Source: Thermoprotei archaeon (GTDB lineage Archaea > Thermoproteota > Thermoprotei > Thermoproteales > B15-G16). Taken from it: a DNA stretch of 64,000 bases. This document shows positions 1 to 9,333 of this stretch, one piece after another (position 1 is the stretch's first letter; every line of letters starts with the position of its first letter). The translations under genes were made by a program, and so were the position numbers. The notes under the pieces were generated by a model. That model ran no database searches and had not been told where the DNA came from. It saw only the letters and a program-made list of their open reading frames with translations. The DNA is taken from assembly GCA_003649205.1 (NCBI GenBank), contig QMRC01000004.1, positions 60,459-124,458 of the forward strand, in the 5' to 3' direction.

Positions 1-1287
1 CAATACCATCAATGTTCTTACTAGTCCTCTCTTCACTTTTCTAAATCTCAACCATATGATGTTATCAGCTATTGCTGATACTGCTGGGTCCTTACCTGGT
101 TTCTCATCTGTTGTAAATATCGTGGTTATTCCGTAGGCCTTCAGTATCTTACATAGGTCACGTATTGTGTGTACGTACAGTTCTCTACCTATTACTCTCC
201 TTATGGATGATATACCGTCGAATATCACTAGGTCAGGTAGTGTATCTCTTCTAACGAACTTACTCACTATAGCACTTGGTGTTATGGACTTAGGATCTAC
301 GAACAGTATCTGTAGGTATGGTCTTAGCTTGTCTACTGGGTACGATAGGGTTTCTAGTGTTTGCTGAAGTTGTTCAGTAGGTTCTTCAAAACTTATGTAC
401 AGTACCTTCTTTCCCCTCATTGCGTTTTCAGCAGCTATTATTAGTGATAGTAATGTCTTTCCTGTCCCTACATGTCCCTGAAGTAGTGTTACAGAGCCCC
501 TGTAGAGTCCACCACCGAGGACTTCATCTAGCTCGCTTATGTACGTTTTAAGCAATTCCCTATAATCTACGTTTGCTCTAACTTCAAGAGGTACTGGATT
601 GAGTACAGTAAATCCTTCAGGTGGTCCAATTACGAATTGATACACAACTTGCTCTACTGGTCTACCTCTCATCTTCCTAATCTCCAAGTACCTTACTGGT
701 ATTGTCCAAGCTTTACCTCTTCTCTGGTATAGTACTACTACGGCATCAACCATGAATTCCTCTATTCCAAGACCTATGACCTGTGCTCCATAGGGTAGCT
801 CAGCTATTAGCAGTGTTACAGCACCTAAACCCTTCGATATCGTCTTAAGTACATTCCTTATCAGTGTTCTTGCTTTTGCCTCACCTAATTCCCTAATGAA
901 TGGTGTTATCGAATCTATGACAACTCTCTTCGCATTGAGAGATACAACTGCTTTAACTAGTTTATCAGCTAGAACATCAATTGATTCAGTACCCAGTGGT
1001 GGTAGTAGCTCTATGTACTTAAACACTCTTCTCTCCTCTAGCTCTCTGAAGTCCATTCCTAGATCCTTCATGTACATGTAGAACTCTTCTCTTGGCTCAT
1101 GGAGACTGATGTACACTCCTGGCTCACCAAATCTCTTCGCACCTTCATACACGAACTTAGCTGCAAACGTAGTCTTTCCAGAACCTGGATTACCCGCTAC
1201 GAGAACTACTGTTCCCGGTGTAAATCCTCCACCAATAGCTTCATCAAATCCGGGAATTCCCGTTGGTACTTTCTCCATCTTTCCCAT
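1..1287 (-). CDS. KaiC/RAD55-family double-domain RecA-superfamily ATPase (3' end outside window)
   Basis: Not in ORF track because it runs off the window edge. Hand translation from ATG at 1287: MGKMEKVPTGIPGFDEAIGGG...AGNPGSGKT, with a second Walker A (GHVGTGKT) near 460-480. Confidence 0.9.
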   Translation of the reverse strand, partial: MGKMEKVPTGIPGFDEAIGGGFTPGTVVLVAGNPGSGKTTFAAKFVYEGAKRFGEPGVYISLHEPREEFYMYMKDLGMDFRELEERRVFKYIELLPPLGTESIDVLADKLVKAVVSLNAKRVVIDSITPFIRELGEAKARTLIRNVLKTISKGLGAVTLLIAELPYGAQVIGLGIEEFMVDAVVVLYQRRGKAWTIPVRYLEIRKMRGRPVEQVVYQFVIGPPEGFTVLNPVPLEVRANVDYRELLKTYISELDEVLGGGLYRGSVTLLQGHVGTGKTLLSLIIAAENAMRGKKVLYISFEEPTEQLQQTLETLSYPVDKLRPYLQILFVDPKSITPSAIVSKFVRRDTLPDLVIFDGISSIRRVIGRELYVHTIRDLCKILKAYGITTIFTTDEKPGKDPAVSAIADNIIWLRFRKVKRGLVRTLMVL

Positions 1288-1303
1288 AGTCGATACCTCA
1301 CAT

Positions 1304-1357
1304 GCATCAGCCGGTGTTGGCCTCTTCATCAATCGTTCGTGAGACAGTCATCATCCT
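1304..1357 (-). ncRNA. box C/D guide sRNA
   Basis: ATGATGA-ctgtctcacga-ACGA..ATGAAGA-ggccaacaccgg-CTGA. First guide is complementary to conserved 23S TCGTGAGACAG. Confidence 0.75.
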
Positions 1358-1412
1358 TGCCTAACCGTTTCCATACCCCAATACTTATACCTTTCTCGTT
1401 ACCACAATAGAA

Positions 1413-3050
1413 CTAGCTCTGTCTTCTCTCTAGGTACTCAATTACTACTGTTCCATAGCTACTTGTGCTAGGTACCTCAAACAATCTGAATACTCTCGGA
1501 ATGTACTTCAGTAGATCTGTTGCAGTTATCCTACCTCCCATCTCTCTAACTGCTAAGTCACCTGCAAGTCCATTTATAAACGCCGCAACCGCTGCAGCTC
1601 TTACTGGTGTACTCCAGCACAGGAGTGCTGCTACTAGACCTGTAAGTACGTCACCTGTACCACCAACTGCCATTGCTTGATTACCCGTTGCGTTTATCTT
1701 CAATACCTTACCGTCTGTGACTATGTCCTGTGGTCCCTTGATGAGTAGCGTACATCCTAGCTTTCTTGCCCACTCAATAGCTACTTCACATCTCTCCTCT
1801 AGCTTATCTGGTGGAGGTAGTTCTTGACCTGTAAGTATTCGGAATTCTCCAGCATGTGGGGTCACCACAGCTTTTTCATAGAGTAGATCATGTCTTTCTC
1901 TAAGCACTTTAATGCCATCTGCATCGATAACCACACTTTTTCCCGATTCCTTTAAGTACTTCATCAGTTCTGTAACCGCATCGCGTACATCATCCACCGT
2001 AGTTAGTCCTGGACCTATAGCTACCACATCAGCCCTGTTTACTAGCTCTAGAAGTGTGGGTATGTGTCTTGGTGATACGTAGTCACCGGGTAGTGCTTTA
2101 ACTATGAGATTTGGTGAGTAAGACCTCACAACACTTGCTACGGTTGATGGTGTAGCTACTATGACTAAGTCGACTCCAGCACTTAATGCTGCTAGAGCTG
2201 TTAGCGCTGGTGCACCACTGTACTCAACTGAACCACCAATAACCAGTACCCTTCCTCTATCACCCTTCTTTACATAAGGACTCCACTTCGGTAGTGTATA
2301 CCTCGCATCACCGGGACCTACGAGTAATTCAGCTTCCGGTGGTATACCTATGTCAACTACAATCACGTCACCACTGTACTCCTTAGCTTTCAGTAGACCT
2401 TCCTTAACCTTGTGAAAGGTAACGGTTACAGTAGCTTTGATAGCTTGTCCAAGTACTTCACCTGTATCTGCACTTAATCCACTAGGTACATCAACAGATA
2501 CGATAGGTATCTTCCTCTCCTCTCGAATGCTATTGATTAACTCAATGCATTTAGCGTAGATACCACGTACAGTACCTCTCACACCTATACCGAGAATAGC
2601 ATCTACCACGCAGTCAGTACTCATCAGGAGAGACCTCAGCACCTGTAGATCATCCACCTCCTTGATAACTACCTTTTCGATACAGTTCATTAGCTGGAGA
2701 GTAGACCAATTTCTCCTAGCTTCGTCAGTCCTTATGTCCTTTGGATCTCCAAGAAGAGCAACTGAGACATCATACCCTCTACAGCTGAGGTACCTTGCAG
2801 CTACAAACCCATCACCACCATTATTACCTAAGCCGCACACAACAACTACCCTCTTTCCACACCCAACGTACTTAGTAACTACATCAGCTACAGACCTACC
2901 AGCTACCTCCATCATCTGTAGACTGGATATCCCAAGTGCTCTAGCATTTTCCTCAGCAATGTACATGTCACGAACTTTAATGACTTGAGGAAGGTACTTC
3001 AGGAGCTTTCTCACGTACTCACCTCCGTAGAGCGCATGGAGGTACCTCAA
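1413..3050 (-). CDS. nnr: bifunctional NAD(P)HX epimerase/dehydratase (YjeF/Nnr)
   Basis: CGLGNNGGDG, VDVPSG, GGSVEYSGAP, TPHAGEF and GGTGDVL motifs. True start is probably about 25 codons downstream. Confidence 0.95.
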   Translation of the reverse strand: MRYLHALYGGEYVRKLLKYLPQVIKVRDMYIAEENARALGISSLQMMEVAGRSVADVVTKYVGCGKRVVVVCGLGNNGGDGFVAARYLSCRGYDVSVALLGDPKDIRTDEARRNWSTLQLMNCIEKVVIKEVDDLQVLRSLLMSTDCVVDAILGIGVRGTVRGIYAKCIELINSIREERKIPIVSVDVPSGLSADTGEVLGQAIKATVTVTFHKVKEGLLKAKEYSGDVIVVDIGIPPEAELLVGPGDARYTLPKWSPYVKKGDRGRVLVIGGSVEYSGAPALTALAALSAGVDLVIVATPSTVASVVRSYSPNLIVKALPGDYVSPRHIPTLLELVNRADVVAIGPGLTTVDDVRDAVTELMKYLKESGKSVVIDADGIKVLRERHDLLYEKAVVTPHAGEFRILTGQELPPPDKLEERCEVAIEWARKLGCTLLIKGPQDIVTDGKVLKINATGNQAMAVGGTGDVLTGLVAALLCWSTPVRAAAVAAFINGLAGDLAVREMGGRITATDLLKYIPRVFRLFEVPSTSSYGTVVIEYLERRQS

Positions 3051-3101
3051 GCTCTAAGGTACTTAGGTAAGTTTTTAAGTTGTATTAACGGACTCTACTC
3101 C

Positions 3102-3156
3102 TGGATGATGTAGGAGGTGATCTCGGATAGGTGAAGAGGATAGCAGATGCTGACTC
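3102..3156 (+). ncRNA. box C/D guide sRNA
   Basis: ATGATGT-aggaggtgatct-CGGA..GTGAAGA-ggatagcagatg-CTGA. AGGAGGTGATC is complementary to the 16S 3' end GATCACCTCCT. Confidence 0.65.
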
Positions 3157-3166
3157 TCAACTACTG

Positions 3167-3225
3167 GTAGCGATGAGGAGGAGGCCAGTGGGCTGATCTC
3201 TGATGAACGGCAAAAGCTCTGAGCT
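3167..3225 (+). ncRNA. box C/D guide sRNA
   Basis: GCGATGA/ATGAGGA-ggaggccagtggg-CTGA..TGATGA-acggcaaaagct-CTGA. Confidence 0.65.
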
Positions 3226-3341
3226 ATGATCTCTCTCGAGTATACCTGGATGAAATACATGGGATATTCAGATAGGTGAAGAAGCTCGGGCAATATCAAT
3301 TGATTAATTCCGAGCTATTTTCGAGGAAAAATAAGGGGTTT

Positions 3342-4292
3342 TTACTTAACCTCCTCCAGTACCTTCTTCAGCTCTCCTAGACTCTTCTCTAGCTTAGAGA
3401 CGTAGCTCCTCAACTTATCCAGCTCATTTTTAAGTGAGTCATTTTCCTTAGTTAATTCCTCAACTCTTCTCCTAAGTTCATCTCTTTCCTCTGTTACTTT
3501 CTTCAGCTCCTCTCTCAATCTCTCTGCTTCTGATCTAGCTTCTTCAAGTTGCTTACTCAATTCATCCATCTTCGTCTTTAGCTCACTTGCTTCTGCACCT
3601 CTAGCTATGTAGTCGGCTAATTGACTTCGAAGCTCAGAGTTCTCTCTCATCAACTCCTCAATCTTCCTCTTCAACTCGCTGTTCTCTGCTTCAAGCTCCC
3701 TAACTCTAGTACTTAGCTCCTCTACCTTCCTACGTAGCTCCCCTACTTCTGTAGGTGGTGCAGCGCCTTTCTTCAACTCTTCGAGAACTTCCTGTAGCTT
3801 ATCACTTCTAATCCAGTAAATTACCTCGCTCCTATCTCTAAACCACGTTAACTTACCTGTTGTGAGATCCAGCTCTAGGTCTGTCACTATGACGAATATG
3901 TCACCTGGCTCAATCTTGTACTTAGGTACTATCTCGTTGAAGAACCAGCTCTTCATCTCATCAAATACCTGTCTAACTGAGGTCTTGTACTCTGGCTTAT
4001 CCCTTAGCTCAGAGAATATCTTCTCACTCTCTTCAGGACCGAAATGCTCTCTCAAGCTACCAGCTATAGCACCGAAGAGCAATCTGAAGAAGTCTGGTCT
4101 ACCCTCTCTACCATACCTACCGAAGAACCTACCAGCTGAGGTCTTACCCGTTACCCACCTAATTCTCAAGATCTTCCTACCATCTTCAGTCACAGTTAGT
4201 ATGGATCTCGTGATACCTGCTTCAACAGCTCTCTCCTTCTCCTCCTCGGGAATACCTAGTCTCCTCTCAATCTCTTCCCTCCTCTTCGACAT
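3342..4292 (-). CDS. ThermoDBP-type (Ttx1576-like) single-stranded DNA-binding protein with long C-terminal coiled coil
   Basis: IRWVTGKTSAGRFFGRYGREGRPDFFRLLFGAIAGSLRE...GDIF...IYWIR matches, from memory, Thermoproteus ThermoDBP. Heptad-rich tail of about 150 aa. Confidence 0.85.
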   Translation of the reverse strand: MSKRREEIERRLGIPEEEKERAVEAGITRSILTVTEDGRKILRIRWVTGKTSAGRFFGRYGREGRPDFFRLLFGAIAGSLREHFGPEESEKIFSELRDKPEYKTSVRQVFDEMKSWFFNEIVPKYKIEPGDIFVIVTDLELDLTTGKLTWFRDRSEVIYWIRSDKLQEVLEELKKGAAPPTEVGELRRKVEELSTRVRELEAENSELKRKIEELMRENSELRSQLADYIARGAEASELKTKMDELSKQLEEARSEAERLREELKKVTEERDELRRRVEELTKENDSLKNELDKLRSYVSKLEKSLGELKKVLEEVK

Positions 4293-4365
4293 GAGTGCAA
4301 CCTCAGTAGTAACACCGTAGCACTACGTAATAAAGCTTGTTATTATAATCAAGGTCTACCTAGCT

Positions 4366-4419
4366 AAGTCAGCTAACAGCTCACTCATCACCAATCAAGG
4401 GCCGTAGGTTCATCACCTA
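4366..4419 (-). ncRNA. box C/D guide sRNA
   Basis: GTGATGA-acctacggccc-TTGA..GTGATGA-gtgagctgttag-CTGA. D guide is complementary to 23S TAACAGCTCAC. Confidence 0.8.
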
Positions 4420-4446
4420 GAGTAGGTACAGTTGACTAGACCCTAA

Positions 4447-4914
4447 TTAAGTTCCTGACTTACTCCTCGATGTTGGTACAGGTACTTGCTTCGGTATCCT
4501 GAATACACGTCCTCTATCATCTAGCTTCTCTCCACCCAACTTCTTGGTTAGTAACCACGCGATGTACTTATAGTACTCAGGATCTAGTGAACTAGTTATC
4601 TCAACCCTATACGTACTACCCTCATCCCTAAAACTTAGAACAGTGAGTAAGCTAGCAGCTCTATCACTACCAAACCTCCTCTCTAAGCTACGGAACACGA
4701 CCTTCTTCGAATCAACAAGCTTTTGCTTCACTGCCTGAGGAGTTTCAGTAGGTTTTGCTGTAGCAGTAACTTCAGGTTGTACCTGCTGAGGTACTTGTAC
4801 ATGGACGTGAATTACGATCTGTATATTCTCAATGGACACCGTTCTACCACAATACGGGCAAGTAAATACGATGTACGCCTCTGCTGGTTTCTCCTTCTCA
4901 CTTCCAGAACTCAC
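4447..4914 (-). CDS. hypothetical protein (N-terminal CPYC, Q/P/T-rich linker)
   Basis: ORF with upstream GAGGTGA RBS. No family recognised. Confidence 0.6.
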   Translation of the reverse strand: MSSGSEKEKPAEAYIVFTCPYCGRTVSIENIQIVIHVHVQVPQQVQPEVTATAKPTETPQAVKQKLVDSKKVVFRSLERRFGSDRAASLLTVLSFRDEGSTYRVEITSSLDPEYYKYIAWLLTKKLGGEKLDDRGRVFRIPKQVPVPTSRSKSGT

Positions 4915-4995
4915 GTAATCACCTCTACTGGAAGTAACCTATGTACTTAGGAGTACTTAAACAATGCCCCTCCACCTGACTATCTAATGGTACGG

Positions 4996-5052
4996 GGGTC
5001 AGAGCCTGGAGTCATCCTCACTCAATCGGTCTCAAGTTCGTCAATCATCCCC
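4996..5052 (-). ncRNA. box C/D guide sRNA (degenerate C box overlapping the nfeD stop)
   Basis: ATGATTG..CCGA..GTGAGGA-tgactccaggct-CTGA. Confidence 0.5.
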
Positions 5053-5425
5053 TAACCTTAACAAGCAACTTATTACCGGATACACCTGTAACAACGATCT
5101 CTGTACCCTCCTTAATGAGACCACTTATAGATATCGCTCTCCATAGAACACCCTCAATGGACACTAAACCTTCAGGAGAGAGATCTGTAATTGCTCTACC
5201 GATCTTACCAATCATGGCTTCAGGGCCAAACTTCGTAGGTCCTTTTTGGGATCTGTACATCAGATAGCTCATTACACCAGAGATAAGCCATAGAAAGGTT
5301 GATAGCAGGATTATGGCGTTTAAATTGAGGATGTTTGTGAAGTATAGATAGGTCATTACTAGCGTAGGTACGAGAGCAATCAATAGAATGATGCAGATGA
5401 TACCGACTAATACCTCATGCCTCAA
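5045..5425 (-). CDS. NfeD-family membrane protein (OB-fold C-terminus)
   Basis: Two TM helices followed by GPEAMIGKIGRAITDLSPEGLVSIEGVLWRA. Confidence 0.85.
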   Translation of the reverse strand: MRHEVLVGIICIILLIALVPTLVMTYLYFTNILNLNAIILLSTFLWLISGVMSYLMYRSQKGPTKFGPEAMIGKIGRAITDLSPEGLVSIEGVLWRAISISGLIKEGTEIVVTGVSGNKLLVKVRG

Positions 5426-5489
5426 CTACACCACCGATAACTTTAGAGAGTAGCGGGTACCTAAGTACTTTAGTTCATACATTCTACCA

Positions 5490-6128
5490 CTACGCCCAGC
5501 TAACAATTATCGTAGGTACATCCCTCATCACAACATGTGATCTCGTAGGTTCTCTTCCAAGTAGTTGAAGTGATATACCTGTAATAAACCCACGAACAAA
5601 GTGAGTAAGGACACCATTTGCACCAGTGAACCTAATTATGACCTCACGATCACTAAGAGTGATATCCATTGAACCAAAACCCTGTGCACTAAGGTACTTC
5701 AGACAGAGAGAAACTACATCCTGTATCCTACCAAGTACTAACGATACCTTTTTCCTAAGGTACTCACCGAGAGAGATACCGTACTCAAGACCTATGTAGT
5801 ACAGAATAGCATCTGCTCCAGTACCCGCTCTCCTCCTCAACCTATGAAAAGCATTAATCAGTACCTTAGCAGGAAATCTAATGACTCGAGACCTAGTAAC
5901 TCTCCTACCAGATAGGTACCTATAGCAACCCCTCAAGGACCTCTCAACAGCATCTGGATGTGAGAGTACAGAGACGATGTAGTAGTTCCTCTCCTTTTCA
6001 ATACAGAGGTAAGGTAGTTCAGACACACTAGTGAGCAAGTTAATGATGAAGGTACGTACATCAGAGAAGCTACTGAAGAACAGGGTCACACACCTAAGAT
6101 TACTCTCCAAGGTACTCACCAATACCAA
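5490..6128 (-). CDS. V4R-like domain protein
   Basis: ILYYIGLEYG...AQGFG...HFVRGFITG pattern. Overlaps the upstream wHTH gene. Confidence 0.6.
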   Translation of the reverse strand: MVLVSTLESNLRCVTLFFSSFSDVRTFIINLLTSVSELPYLCIEKERNYYIVSVLSHPDAVERSLRGCYRYLSGRRVTRSRVIRFPAKVLINAFHRLRRRAGTGADAILYYIGLEYGISLGEYLRKKVSLVLGRIQDVVSLCLKYLSAQGFGSMDITLSDREVIIRFTGANGVLTHFVRGFITGISLQLLGREPTRSHVVMRDVPTIIVSWA

Positions 6129-6378
6129 GCATCTTCACTAACTTCCTGAACTCACTTAGGAAAGCAAGACCACGTTCAGTAGGTCTAAAGATCCTAAGTC
6201 TACCACTATCAATCTCCCTAAGAAGACCTAGCTTCAGCAGGTAATTCACGTACTCTCTAGTCCTCGAAAATGGTAAACCAACATAGTACTGAATTCGAGT
6301 AATCGTTGGCTTATCGAGAACAGCAGCCGCCTCAACTACCTTAGCCATTATAACTAAGGAATCACGCCTCTGCCTCAT
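6100..6378 (-). CDS. small winged-helix DNA-binding protein
   Basis: TRIQYYVGL...YVNYLLKLGLL...FRPTERG. Confidence 0.8.
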   Translation of the reverse strand: MRQRRDSLVIMAKVVEAAAVLDKPTITRIQYYVGLPFSRTREYVNYLLKLGLLREIDSGRLRIFRPTERGLAFLSEFRKLVKMLGIGEYLGE

Positions 6379-6977
6379 AAACCCTCAACACCTCCAATAA
6401 CGACGTATGCTCTCCACCATGGTATAGTGCTTTCATATTTGACACCTAGCAGACGGTAGCCAAGTATTGAAAATACTTGGTGTTCAACTACGAATTCGAG
6501 GTCTTCTAATCTAATGCCCCCTCTACCGTAGCACCTTAGTCTAGGGAGTAGAACCTTGGCTTTCTCCTTAATGTGATCGTATACGTTCTGTGTCATTTCA
6601 ACAAATTTACTAATCTCTTCCTCAAGTTCTAGCTCGATCATCTTCACTTCATCGCTCGTTATGAATGGTATTGCTAAATCGTACTTTTTCTCAACTCTAA
6701 AGCTACTGAGCTGTGTTACTAATTCTCTTACAACACCATGTTCCTTCAACACCTTGAGGTGCTTGTACACGGTAGGTGGTGTGAGGTTAAGTGTATCAGC
6801 TATCTCCCTTAAGGTTAATGGCCCATAGAGAGCCAGGAGCGCAATTATTGCCTTCTTAGTTCCCAGAGTGAAGTCATGCCTAAACGGTGTTTTGTGTTCT
6901 GGTGTAAATGAGCCTGTACCACGTATTGATACTAGTACCTTGTTGAAATCAATAGGTATTCGAGACCTCGAAACCAT
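6375..6977 (-). CDS. ArsR-like winged-helix transcriptional regulator
   Basis: GPLTLREIADTLNLTPPTVYKHLKVLKEHGVV. Confidence 0.85.
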   Translation of the reverse strand: MVSRSRIPIDFNKVLVSIRGTGSFTPEHKTPFRHDFTLGTKKAIIALLALYGPLTLREIADTLNLTPPTVYKHLKVLKEHGVVRELVTQLSSFRVEKKYDLAIPFITSDEVKMIELELEEEISKFVEMTQNVYDHIKEKAKVLLPRLRCYGRGGIRLEDLEFVVEHQVFSILGYRLLGVKYESTIPWWRAYVVIGGVEGL

Positions 6978-7146
6978 ACGAATCCCCAGTTAACCTCCAA
7001 GTTAACAAAGTTAGCCTTTAAGTTAATAACTTTTTCTGAATATTCCTAAATACTATACTTACATTATATTCGCATCCATTTGCTCTATGTCCCTACCTGT
7101 GATCCTGTTTCAATTGAGTGATCTAGTGTCTTAGTGGGTGTAGTAC

Positions 7147-7221
7147 ATGAAGGTGAGGGTTCGTAAGGTGAAGAAGTACAGGTCCTGTGCAAACATATTC
7201 TGCACAATAGTCTGGGTATAA
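7147..7221 (+). CDS. 24-aa peptide MKVRVRKVKKYRSCANIFCTIVWV, candidate RiPP precursor
   Basis: ATG 7147 to TAA 7221, with GGGTG upstream, 14 bp before a radical SAM/SPASM gene. Basic leader-like N-terminus and CxxxxC core. Confidence 0.65.
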   Translation: MKVRVRKVKKYRSCANIFCTIVWV

Positions 7222-7235
7222 GCTAGGGTGACTGC

Positions 7236-8471
7236 GTGATGCATGTCGCTCCTTGGTGTTTAACTACTTCTCTTTCTTCATCCATGGTCATCATCTATAA
7301 TATGTTGAGTGGTGATTATGCTCTTGTTGAGGGGGATTTTCTTGAGAAGGTCCTTTGTGATGAGGTTTCTCCTGATGATAGCGATCTGAGGATGTTGATT
7401 GATGGTGGTTTTGTTGTTTCTGATTTCTCTTCCTCACCGCCTAGAGGTGTTCGTGAGTTCTCTGTGTTTGTTTCTGTTACTTCGCGATGTAATTTGAGGT
7501 GTGTGTACTGCTATGAGTCTTTTAGGTCTGGTGTTGATATGTCTCTTGATGTTGCTTCTAAGGTACTTGATTGGTTGTCCAGTGTGCTCTCTGGAGGTGG
7601 TTATGAGAGGTTAGTCTTTGTTCACTATGGTGGTGAACCTCTTTTAAATCCTGGTGTCATTACTTACCTTGGTCGTGAAGTTAGGAAATTGTGCTCTAGA
7701 TTAGGTGTTGAGTGTGTTGAGTGTTTAGTTACCAATGGTACTCTACTTAGTGGGTTCTCTAGTACTGCTCGTGAGTTTATTGATTTTGTTCAGGTAACTA
7801 TTGATGGTGTTGGTTTGGTACACGATGTTAGGAGACCGTATGTCGATGGTAGGGGGAGTTTTTGTGATGTTATTAGTGGTCTCTTGTCTGCTCTTGATCA
7901 TGGATTGAGGGGATGCATTAGGGTTAATGTCGATAGAGGGAATGTAGATCGTGTACCTGAGCTACTTCACTACCTAAGAGATCTGGGTGTTTACAGGAAG
8001 ATCAACTACATTGGTTTCTCCCCGGTATATCCTCCTCAAGCTACTTCCACGTACTCTCAAGCGTTATCGCTTGATGAGTGGTGTACTCACTTCCTAAAGC
8101 TACTGAGATGCGCTGTTGATCTTGGTTTTCGTATTCAGCCTCCACCTGCAGGTGGTGGTTGTACATTTGGTTCAGGTGCGGCTATTGATGAGAGAGGTAG
8201 TGTCTATCCATGTCCTGGATTCCTTGGTATTGAAGCTATGTGCTTGGGTAGGATTAGTGGTTATTGGTGTCTTCCCAGAGTTGAAGTTAAGGCTTGTGAA
8301 GACTGTAGGTTTAAGTGGATTTGTGAAGGTGGTTGTAGGTACCTAGCATATGTCACTGGTCGTGGTTTGAATGAGAGGTACTGCCTAAAGCCATATTACG
8401 AGCGAGTTTTGGAGGAGCATGTTAGGTTATTCGTTAAGTCTGTTGAGGGGTCTGAAGGTGGGAGTTGTTAA
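7236..8471 (+). CDS. radical SAM/SPASM domain protein (peptide-maturase type)
   Basis: CNLRCVYC, YGGEPLL, TNGTLL, QVTIDG. SPASM Cys set GGC..G..YPC..CEDC...ICEGGC...C. About 70-aa N-terminal RRE-like region. Confidence 0.9.
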   Translation: MMHVAPWCLTTSLSSSMVIIYNMLSGDYALVEGDFLEKVLCDEVSPDDSDLRMLIDGGFVVSDFSSSPPRGVREFSVFVSVTSRCNLRCVYCYESFRSGVDMSLDVASKVLDWLSSVLSGGGYERLVFVHYGGEPLLNPGVITYLGREVRKLCSRLGVECVECLVTNGTLLSGFSSTAREFIDFVQVTIDGVGLVHDVRRPYVDGRGSFCDVISGLLSALDHGLRGCIRVNVDRGNVDRVPELLHYLRDLGVYRKINYIGFSPVYPPQATSTYSQALSLDEWCTHFLKLLRCAVDLGFRIQPPPAGGGCTFGSGAAIDERGSVYPCPGFLGIEAMCLGRISGYWCLPRVEVKACEDCRFKWICEGGCRYLAYVTGRGLNERYCLKPYYERVLEEHVRLFVKSVEGSEGGSC

Positions 8472-8530
8472 CGCGCCCGACGGAGATCCCCTCATCGCTG
8501 GGAACAATGCCCCTCTCAGGGATCTCTACT
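8466..8530 (-). ncRNA. H/ACA-like guide RNA (single hairpin with K-turn)
   Basis: GAGATCCC/GGGATCTC stem enclosing CTGA...GATGA, 3' arm ending in ACA. AAAGGTATTAAA promoter-like element upstream. Confidence 0.5.
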
Positions 8531-8558
8531 TGGTGTCTAGCTGCCGTGTTTAATACCT

Positions 8559-9281
8559 TTACTCAATTCCTAGGGTTTTCTTAATGAACTTTCTCATAGC
8601 TTCCTTCCCCTCAGTTGTTAGTACCTCAAGTAGCTTAGCTATAGGTACTTCGTTCAGTACCTTGAAGAATGTCTTTGTGGCTAGGTACCTACCATCTGTC
8701 TCTACCTCTATGTCTCGACAGACGTTCCATAGCTTATCCTGTATGCTTGACATGAAGTTTGCATCTATGCTGTCAGCTAGGTGAACTATCTCTGATTCAA
8801 TCATTGTGAAGGGTACTGTACCGTGTACTTCAGCTAGACACCTAACTAATCTCTCTGGTGCACCTCTGTGTGCTAGTTCAGCAATTATGGTGAATTCATG
8901 GCTTAGGTACCAGTCATCTCTTGGTCTGTAACCACCTGTGACTGGGTCTCTCTCATATTGGTAGTACTTGAAGATGTCGTGTAGTATTGCTGTTGCTATT
9001 GTTAGGTCTAGGTCAACACTTATTGAGTACACATTGCGGTATATCTTCGCTATGGATTCGCTGATTAGGACTACGCTTAGTGTGTGGTCGATTAGTCCAC
9101 CAGGGTATGCGTGGTGTTTTCTTGGTGCTGCTGGTGATTCCTCGAGTGTTATCTTTGGTTGTACGTTGCAGAATGTTATTCTCGGGTTTGTTAGTATGCT
9201 TATGACTACGTCTCTTATAGCTGGATCTCGTACTTCATGAGCTTTCTCGAGTAGGTGCTTGAGCTTACTCCTCGTGTCCAT
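8559..9281 (-). CDS. HD-domain phosphohydrolase (YhaM-like)
   Basis: SPAAPRKHHAYPGGLIDHT, AILHDIFK, HLAD. Confidence 0.9.
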   Translation of the reverse strand: MDTRSKLKHLLEKAHEVRDPAIRDVVISILTNPRITFCNVQPKITLEESPAAPRKHHAYPGGLIDHTLSVVLISESIAKIYRNVYSISVDLDLTIATAILHDIFKYYQYERDPVTGGYRPRDDWYLSHEFTIIAELAHRGAPERLVRCLAEVHGTVPFTMIESEIVHLADSIDANFMSSIQDKLWNVCRDIEVETDGRYLATKTFFKVLNEVPIAKLLEVLTTEGKEAMRKFIKKTLGIE

Positions 9282-9333
9282 GGTCTCGATTTACCTTAGT
9301 CTTAATACTGTGTGGTAATTAGGTTTTTGGTGT

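Noticed and set aside
167-1410. Four short + strand ORFs
   Set aside because: They are antisense to the KaiC-like gene and a C/D sRNA.
3207-3214. ACGGCAAA in an sRNA guide, identical to the 8-nt CRISPR repeat extension
   Set aside because: An 8-mer match is expected by chance in 64 kb.
3075-3299. 74-aa minus-strand ORF
   Set aside because: It overlaps a C/D sRNA cluster on the + strand and has no protein features.
3247-3305. Possible third C/D sRNA (ATGAAAT..CAGA..GTGAAGA..TTGA)
   Set aside because: Both terminal boxes are degenerate and no target was recognised.
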